Assembly: GCA_000934665.2 (NCBI GenBank)
Contig: KZ538499.1
Span: forward strand, 1-64,000
Reading direction: 5' to 3'
Source: Catajapyx aquilonaris
Taxonomy: Eukaryota
DNA length: 64,000 nt
Below, one piece after another: positions 56,231 through 64,000 of the stretch (position 1 is the stretch's first letter; each line of letters opens with the position of its first letter). Both the position numbers and the translations under genes were made by a program. The notes under the pieces are model-generated. The model searched no databases and was not told the origin of the DNA. It saw only the letters and a list, made by a program, of their open reading frames with translations.

Positions 56231-56835
56231 TATAATATATATATTTTTTGTCTTTTACTCAACCTAATATTAGATAATAATTTTTTGTTACGCCTATACT
56301 TAAGTGTTGGAAATAATCATGTGAATAGTGAACAACATGAAACCTGACATTTCACTCAGAATAATATTATTATCTCTGTAGCTATATAGTACGTATAGTC
56401 TAAAACCTTGTCTAAAACTCGAAAACTCTCTCACTTGAGACTTTGATCAACTTCCTGCCACTTCCATTAATCGCTAATAAGCTCGCCGCATGATTAATGC
56501 CAAGACCTACTCCGCTTCCTTGGCAAGCCCTCCCCCAACAATTTTAGCTGTAGAGGACCCCATTGTTTCCACATTCTATTATATATAGGGACCCACCCCG
56601 CCTCACATTTTCTGGCACCTTGAAGCACCAAACCAACCACGAAACCCTGCACAGTTGGATTAATTATTTCGTGTCAACGCTCAACAAAGAGGCCCACAGT
56701 GTCACAGAAATGTGCCCTTTGTTGCCACGTTTGCCAGATTATCCAAACTAATATTATCAGATAATGCTGTTAATAACCGATTGAATTAACAGATTAATAT
56801 ACACATATTATTGATTACCTTTTTTAAAAAAACTA

Positions 56836-57061
56836 GGGACCGAATTCAGAGAGGTTGCTTAACGTAAACGCGCCAGATTAAATCCTTTAGCCATCCTCGA
56901 TTAGCAAATTTAATCAACCTGCTAATACAAAGACGGCGATTAGCGCTAAACGCCCCCTAATCGCACTTGCTAGCACTTTTAAATTTGCTAATCGAGGATG
57001 ACTATATATAAAGGATTTAATCGGGCGCGTTTAAGTTAAGTAACCTCTCTGAATTCGGCCC
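56836..57061. mobile_element. MITE with ~75-bp TIRs, copy 1
   Basis: gggaccgaattcagagaggttgcttaacgtaaacgcgcc / ggcgcgtttaagttaagtaacctctctgaattcggccc, flanked by cta/tag. Confidence 0.85.
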
Positions 57062-57439
57062 TAGATAGCGTAACCGATTAAATAGTTGATGAAATCGTCC
57101 ATTAAAATAAAGTTTCTCGATAACCGTCTAAAAATAACTGGATAAAATAAGTGATTAAATAACTGGATAAAATAACTAATAAAATAGCCCATTAAAGTAA
57201 ACGGTTTCTCGATGACCGTCTAAAATAACTGGATAAAGTATAACATTAAAATAACTAGCATCTGATTAAAATAAACATCCTCTGAAATGACATTAAAATA
57301 ACTAATATTTTTTATTTATTCCCATACACCATTTTATGGGCCTGGAGCCCCTTTAGGGGGGACGTAAAATAACTAATAAAATAGTCGATGAAATTGTTGA
57401 TTGGAATAAACAACTTCTTGATAATCGTTTAAAATAACT

Positions 57440-57656
57440 GAATTCAGAGAGGTTGCTTAACGTAAACGCGCCCGATTAAATCCTTTGGTCATCCTCGATT
57501 AGCAAATTTAAAAGTGCTAGCAAGTGCGATTAGGGGGCGTTTAGCGCTATAATCGCCGTCTTTGTATTAGCAGGTTGGTTAAATTTGCTAATCGAGGATG
57601 ACTAAAGGATTTAATCGGGCGCGTTTACGTTAAGCAACCTCTCTGAATTCGGCCCC
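57440..57656. mobile_element. MITE with ~75-bp TIRs, copy 2 (opposite orientation)
   Basis: Same TIRs; the internal segment is the reverse complement of that in copy 1; left terminus clipped. Confidence 0.85.
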
Positions 57657-58146
57657 TACTGAAATACCTGTAGCCACTAAAATAGTTGATCAAAATAAAC
57701 ACCTTGATAAGTTTAAAATAACTGCTTAAAGTAGATCATTAAAAATAACATTAAAATTAACAGCTTCTGATAACAGTTTAAAATAACTGGACGAAGTAAC
57801 TACTTATTAAACAGCTGATAAAATAGCTGGCTAAAAATCGCAGACATGGCTGAATGACCATATCTAATGTTATTAGACGTTATTTTCCAAATTTTTCAAA
57901 AAATTTCGCGAACTGTTCGCTTTTTTTTTTGCGCGCGGAACTGAGCCAGGTCCAAAAATGACTCCTCGCGAGACATACCAAAGCGACGCGGGAGGGTTTT
58001 GTCAAAAGTTCTCAGAGGGGGTGGTACACACAGCAGGGGACATGTCTCCACCTCCCAAGTACTGTGTGGGGTACACATTATTTTGTTCTCAGTCCGATTT
58101 GAGAATAGGGAGTGAAAAGGACACCGTTGGATTTTCTTTCTCACAA

Positions 58147-58254
58147 ATGCTGACCTGGTGGAGGTCGCTGCAGGTCACCGATAGGATCCGGAGGCTGTGC
58201 AGCCAGGCCATAGCCATGATGTGCATACCCATGCCTGTTTTCATCGAGATTATC
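58147..58254 (+). CDS. Candidate alternative first coding exon of the PH-domain gene
   Basis: caaATG start; MLTWWRSLQVTDRIRRLCSQAIAMMCIPMPVFIEII then ATC|GTAAGT, phase 0; mostly G/C-ending codons. Confidence 0.45.
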
Positions 58255-59159
58255 GTAAGTCTTGTTGTGGCCATCGCCACACAGTATGCAGTATTTTTAG
58301 CACGTCTGATACAAGGTGGCAATGACCTCGTTGCATTGTCTCATGATGTGCCAGATGTTTGCACCTGGTAACTGATGTACGGGATTGCTACAACGACATT
58401 GTAGTACGCTATATATAATCGGCTCTGTCTGTTTCCATTTGTTTGTAGCAGATAGTACCAGTATCCCTTGCATGACCATGAGAGTGGCGGACCAGCCTCC
58501 GTTGAAGTGTGTCGCATCCTCTTTGACCGCTACAGAGCGAACATACGGGGAAAGTGATAACTACATGCTCGTTGGTGATGAGTCAACGCATGTATAGGGA
58601 CATGCATAGTGACTTCTGAATATTACGGAACAGAATTAGGACCGAAGAGGATTGGAAATTAATTAAGGCGTCCAAAGGCGTTGAATTTTGTGTCCCGGCT
58701 GCAGGATCAATCCAAAGAGAGTCTCGTCAACAACCAAAATGGCGGGTGTTCTCAAGAGGTGGAGGGGGGTATAATATAAGGGTTGGGGAAAGGCAGAGGG
58801 ATTACCCCCTCCCCCCTCCCCCCCTCCCTCCCTCTCCAAACATCGATTTGCAGCCAAAGTCAACTTGCCAATATCTATTCAAAGAGTTTCAGCTACCAGA
58901 AAATTGTTTGATGACCTTCTTCAGATGGGGGGGTGGAGGACCTTTTCCAATCTCTTCCGATGTTCCCTGAGGTGATGCAACTTTGGGTTTAAAACTGGTT
59001 CTTTTTTTTATTCCACGACAGTTTTACAGCGCACGATTGTTACCTCTGGTGGTGTCAGCACTGTGTAACTCACGTTTAGAAAAGTAGGGCGCATTTTGTT
59101 CCGTCTGAGGTTCCGCCTTGGAGACGGTATATCGATGGTAAATGAATTCCATGCATTAT

Positions 59160-59880
59160 TATCTAAGAAAATACTAGTACATAAATCATATTATACACAT
59201 GAGAACAAATAAGTATATATTAAAATAAATAAATCAGTGCATGTCAAAATAAATAAGCAAGTGCACGTCAAAATAAATACATAAATATTAAAAATAATGA
59301 GGTAGATATAGGGTATTAAAATAAATGTACTTGTAAGTACACGTATCGAATGAAGACAACTATTTTAAAATAAATAAATACTGTACATAGAAATAAAATA
59401 CATGCAAAATTACGACGAAACAAAATTGCATAAAAATTATGAAATCATAAATAAATACAACATAAATAATACACAAATAAAATAATACACAAATAAAATA
59501 AAGCAATAAATAAAATGAAAATTGAAATAACAAATAAAATAATAAATAGTAAATAATTAATAAAATAATAGTAAAATAATTAATGAAATATATAATGAAT
59601 ACCAAAATAAATAATAAAATATAAAATTAATAGTAAAATAAATAATAAAAAACAAACAAACAAAAACAAAAAATTAAATTAAATTAAAATAATAAAATAA
59701 TAGATAGTACAATAAAAACGAATAAAATTATACGTAAAATAATAAATAAAAGTAATAAATAAAATTAAATAATAAATGAAATAGCAGCCGTAAATAAATA
59801 TATAAAATAAATGAGCAAAAATACATACAAATGTTACGAAATGAATAATTAGGAAAATATAAAAATAACTCGTGTAAAAA
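59160..59880. repeat. A-rich low-complexity island
   Basis: aaaataaat-type degenerate repeats. Confidence 0.8.
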
Positions 59881-60188
59881 TAATAGCGCAAATCGCTTCC
59901 ATATATCGGTATGTCGCGTTGAAATATATCGATCACGCGTTATATCGACGTAGTCGACTTACCACAATATTTCGATTTCTTCTCATGTGAATATAAGCTC
60001 GGCTCCGACTAAGCTTCAGACCCCCTAGGAGGCAATCAATCACTGGTTAAACCCTTCCTTGCCACCGCAAATCGCCAACCGAATCTATCTTTCTTAAAAG
60101 ATGATGGCGGGTGTCTTTGGATCCTAATTATTATTATTTTTTCTATATCTCACAGTAATATGACATATATTATTTTTCTCTCTTTTAG

Positions 60189-60335
60189 GATATCCCGCCT
60201 GCGGGTTCGTTCAGCAACCCGGCCACGGCTGGATATCTCCAAAAGCTCAGTGGAAGAGGCTTCCTCTATCCAGGGTCATGGAAGAGGAGATATTGCGTCT
60301 TGGACGGCAACAGAATTTACTACTATGAGAAAGAG
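60189..60335 (+). CDS. Internal exon encoding the N-terminal half of a PH domain (PLEKHO/CKIP-1-like); gene continues beyond window
   Basis: Strong acceptor (tttttctctcttttag|) and donor (GAG|GTAAGT), phase 0/0. DIPPAGSFSNPATAGYLQKLSGRGFLYPGSWKRRYCVLDGNRIYYYEKE fits PH strands beta1-beta3 (GxLxK..WKRRYxVL..YY) and resembles recalled PLEKHO1 GWVRKFCGKG..WKNRYVVLKGDQLYISEKE. Confidence 0.85.
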
Positions 60336-60969
60336 GTAAGTGGTCAAAGAGTTTAATTAAATGTACAAAAAATCCAAGCGAAAACAATAGCACAATGAGT
60401 CCGCGTCTTGCCCAGCACACAATGAGTTACATGCCATGTAACACGTCATTTATGTCACGCTTGGTTCTTACGTAAGGTAAAAATTTAACCTCATTTTCTT
60501 AACATTTTCTCACGGTGACATATCGTGTCTATCCGGTTTATTTATTTTTTTCATGTGGCCAGCAGATTTGCATTGCGTAGGTTTAAATTATACCAGAAAC
60601 GGGACAAAAAGATTCCGGTTCGAGTCATGCAACAATAACGTTTTGTTCCGATTGAATAAGGAAAGGAAGGGAGTGTGCAACAAGTTGTTTAATGTCACGC
60701 TCGTTGGAGGTACAGTGTGGGATAAAAAAAATTATATAGGGTTGACAAGGAAGGAATGTTCAATATCCGCTGAAGGAAAAAAGGGGCTCCACAGATTTGC
60801 GATACGTGACCTGGGAGGTGTAATCAATGGGGTTGATCGACATGGATCTGTATCAATCAGGGGAGTCCAGATGTGTATACAGGCTGATCCTGGGAGTTGA
60901 TCCACGAATCATCTATGATCTTAGCTGTATTTCTCATTATCATCGTTAGTCATACTTTTTTTTAAAAAA

Positions 60970-61590
60970 GTAATGGTCTGATATTATTCTTTTAAAATAC
61001 GTAATCAAGTAACTTCAATAAAATTATGCGATTTCAATGAAAATATCATTCCAAAAATATGATGATTTCAATGAAAATATGATTCCAATAAAAATATAAT
61101 ACAATATTCAAATAAAATCATGCCATTTTAATAGAAATGACAATTTCAATATAATGGAAATTCAATGTCATATAAAATTAGTAAAATATTAATTCAAAAA
61201 ATGATACCATACATTAACAATAGGAATTTCAATGAAACTGTATGTTCATTGAAATTGTTATTGTTAATATAATTATGGTACTAAATTAAGATTTTATGGA
61301 TTATTTTAATTGTTTATTTTATTCAAGTTATTACATGCAATAAAGCATGTAATAACACGAAAACAACCAATTAAAATAATTAATAAAATATTAATATAAT
61401 AACTTGGTTTTTGTTTTTATTTAATAAAAAGTGAAATATTAATTTAATACATACAGTACAATAAATAAAATATAAATAAATAAATGGCATGTAATTAATT
61501 AATTAAATGAAATATACAACATAATAAAATAACAATTATAATAAAATCTTATATTATTGTAATAATACGTGTAATGTGTTTTAATGAAGA
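60970..61590. repeat. AT-rich low-complexity island with local hairpins
   Basis: atttcaatgaaaat repeats; hairpin gttattacatgc / gcatgtaataac at ~61327-61357. Confidence 0.7.
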
Positions 61591-62779
61591 ATACATGTCA
61601 GGCGATGCGCCATTTACGCAATATCGAATTGCTACAATCAAATCCTAATAATGCGGAACTTGATTACACTGATTCTGAAAATCCTTTTCCTGACTGATCC
61701 CTTCCAAGCCTAGGAGATCCCTCAGTGGTGAACCCTTACAGATCGATCCTCTCTCGAAATGCAACTGACCCTTCCCAATAACTCCATCCCAGAGACCTCC
61801 ACCATAAACAATTGGGCGTAATGAATCCCCCTCTGCCAACCATTGCAGATAACCCCTGAAGGGGGGGGGATCCTTCCTTTTCACTCTCGGTTTCAGTCAG
61901 AGAGGCAATCAGGGGTAGAGAGAAAACCCCCTATCCCAAAATGGAGGGGGGCAAGTCCACATTGGTCCCCCCCCCCCCCCNTCCCCCCCCCCTCTCTTTG
62001 AACCTAGTACTCCATACATTTGCATATCAAACGCAGGTACACAGTTCCGCCTCAATCAACCCTTTATTGCTTCTGGATAATTTTAGTTGTTATTTTTACT
62101 GACCAGAGTTATCATGTCCAATGGTTACATGCAATCCACACATGCCTGAATTATTAATTTTTAAAAATAATTTAAACTGAAGAAATGAAGAACTAGCACA
62201 ACTACTAACATTTGTACAAGTGTCCTATATGTAGGAACATCTAGGATTTATTGACGATTTTAGTATGACTAGCGAAATCCCAAACTTTTTTGAAAGACCT
62301 TTTTTTGGGGGGAACATTTTTGGACGATAGACTTTCCATTCTCTGTGTGTAGAACAAGAAAGAGCTGCCATAGAACGAAACTTTCTGGACCTGTATATAG
62401 TTTTACACCAGGGGTTCCTATTGATTTTCGAAACTTGTGCTGGGACATACAACTTCACTCCAGCGGATCCTTTCTCCTTCCCCCCCTCCCTCGGTACAAG
62501 GTATTCTCGCCATGGGGGGAACAAAAAAATTTACCAGTTCCTTCTGTCACTCTCAAGATCCATTATTTACGCTCAGAGTCGCCCGAGAGTCGCAGTTGTA
62601 ATCTGCCCCATTATTATTTAAAAAGACTGCGATTCAGGGAAGTCGAAATTTGCACGAATATTTAAACGGAAAGGTTAGAAGCCAATCACGACTCACAGGA
62701 CGTCACCCTAGAATATCGATATATCGACATATGTCAATGGGGGCCGCTTGATTATTAAGACAGGGTACGGTACAAGTAC

Positions 62780-63310
62780 GTTGTAATAAATAACACAATA
62801 AAATAAAATAGCAATTAATGATATTGAATGAAAATAATTACTCCAAATAAATTAAATAAAACAATGACAAATTCATTAAAATCAGTTAAATGAAACAATC
62901 AAAAATTCATTTAAATAAAGTAAACGAAATAATGAAAAAATCAATTAAAATGAAATTAAACAATTAGATATCATTAAAATAAATTAAACAATTAAAATCC
63001 ATTAAAATAAATTAAATAAAACAATGAAAAATGCATTAAGATAAATTAAATAAATCAATGAAAAATCCATTAAAATAAATGAATAACACAACGAAAAAAT
63101 GAAACAATGTAAATAAAATAATGAAACAATGGAAAAAATAAAATGAAAATGAAATGAAATATTAATATTAAATTATATGAAATAATTCGTAAAAATAATA
63201 AAAACTATAACAAATAATTGCTATAAATTTTGAAAATAAATCTTGAAAATAAATAAAATCATAAACAAACTTATAAAAATTAATAAGCTAATAAAAACTA
63301 ATAAAATAAT
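62780..63310. repeat. A-rich minisatellite island
   Basis: Repeated cattaaaataaattaaa(c/t)aa. Confidence 0.8.
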
Positions 63311-64000
63311 ATTGGTTAGAGAGTGTGATATTAGTTATCAACAATCTGACTATAACGCCGCATAAATAAGGATACACTTCCATCTTGTGGCCATATCTGT
63401 CGTAACCAGGCAAGCAAAAGAGATGCGGAGCCTGAATAATAAAACTGTCGACTTGTCAGATTCGGTGATCTATTCGGCCATAGAATAATAATCCCATTTT
63501 TCCTGGGGAAGGGAGGCAAAAATAATATTTAAAAAAAATGACAGCTAAGCAAACTCAATTTTCAAAAAGAAGATTTCGCATAGGCCAAGAAAATGAAAAT
63601 TTGCTTGAAAAAACACAACCAGTGATATTTTTAAAAATATATATATTTGCGAGTCCAATCCCTTGGCCCCCTATTTAACTTCCAAAAGTTCAGCAAATCC
63701 TAGTTTAGTAAATCACCAAAACTTTAGTCCCAATCTAATCTGGAGCGCTCATCTCCAGGAAATTCGCGTGCGAATAATCTGCATAAAGCCAGAAGTGTCC
63801 AGACCCCACACTAGGGAATAATCGAGCTCAAAGTAACACGTTTCCTGAACTGTACCGACGAGATGGTGGTTAGTAAACAGGAAGTAAACTATACCCCCCC
63901 TCAAGATAATACTAGACTTTTGTTGATTACGAAAAAAACGAGGCCTCACACACACTTATGTTCTCACTCGGTACAGTTCCTGCAACTCGTGTGTTGGATA

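Larger units (their letters stand above)
55660..57830. repeat. Degenerate tandem repeat interrupted by several MITEs
   Basis: Recurrent accgtctaaaataactggataaa and aaatagcccattaaa units. Confidence 0.75.

Noticed and set aside
58089..58479. Minus-strand ORFs / degenerate coding relic
   Set aside because: Interrupted by a stop, no recognisable domain, and overlaps a better plus-strand exon candidate.

Overview
Animal (probably invertebrate) genomic DNA from a draft assembly, with one N gap and GT-AG spliced genes. Three complete genes can be built by hand: cyclophilin B (+, 3 exons, 210 aa), REEP5/DP1/Yop1-family protein (-, 4 exons, 184 aa) and an intact 11-exon, 979-aa UBA6-type E1 enzyme (-). 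The E1 keeps its catalytic Cys and a UBA6-like UFD, but its ATP-binding/adenylation motifs are degenerate. Pieces absent from the ORF track: a probable first coding exon of a Wnt5-like gene (-, continuing off the left end), a PLEKHO/CKIP-1-like PH-domain exon (+, continuing off the right end) with several candidate alternative first exons, and a 31-aa single-pass membrane micropeptide ORF resembling the MAP17/SMIM24 transmembrane core. The non-coding DNA holds non-autonomous Helitrons, fold-back MITEs, tRNA-derived SINEs and over 20 AT-rich repeat islands. All homology calls come from recalled sequences and motifs, not database searches.
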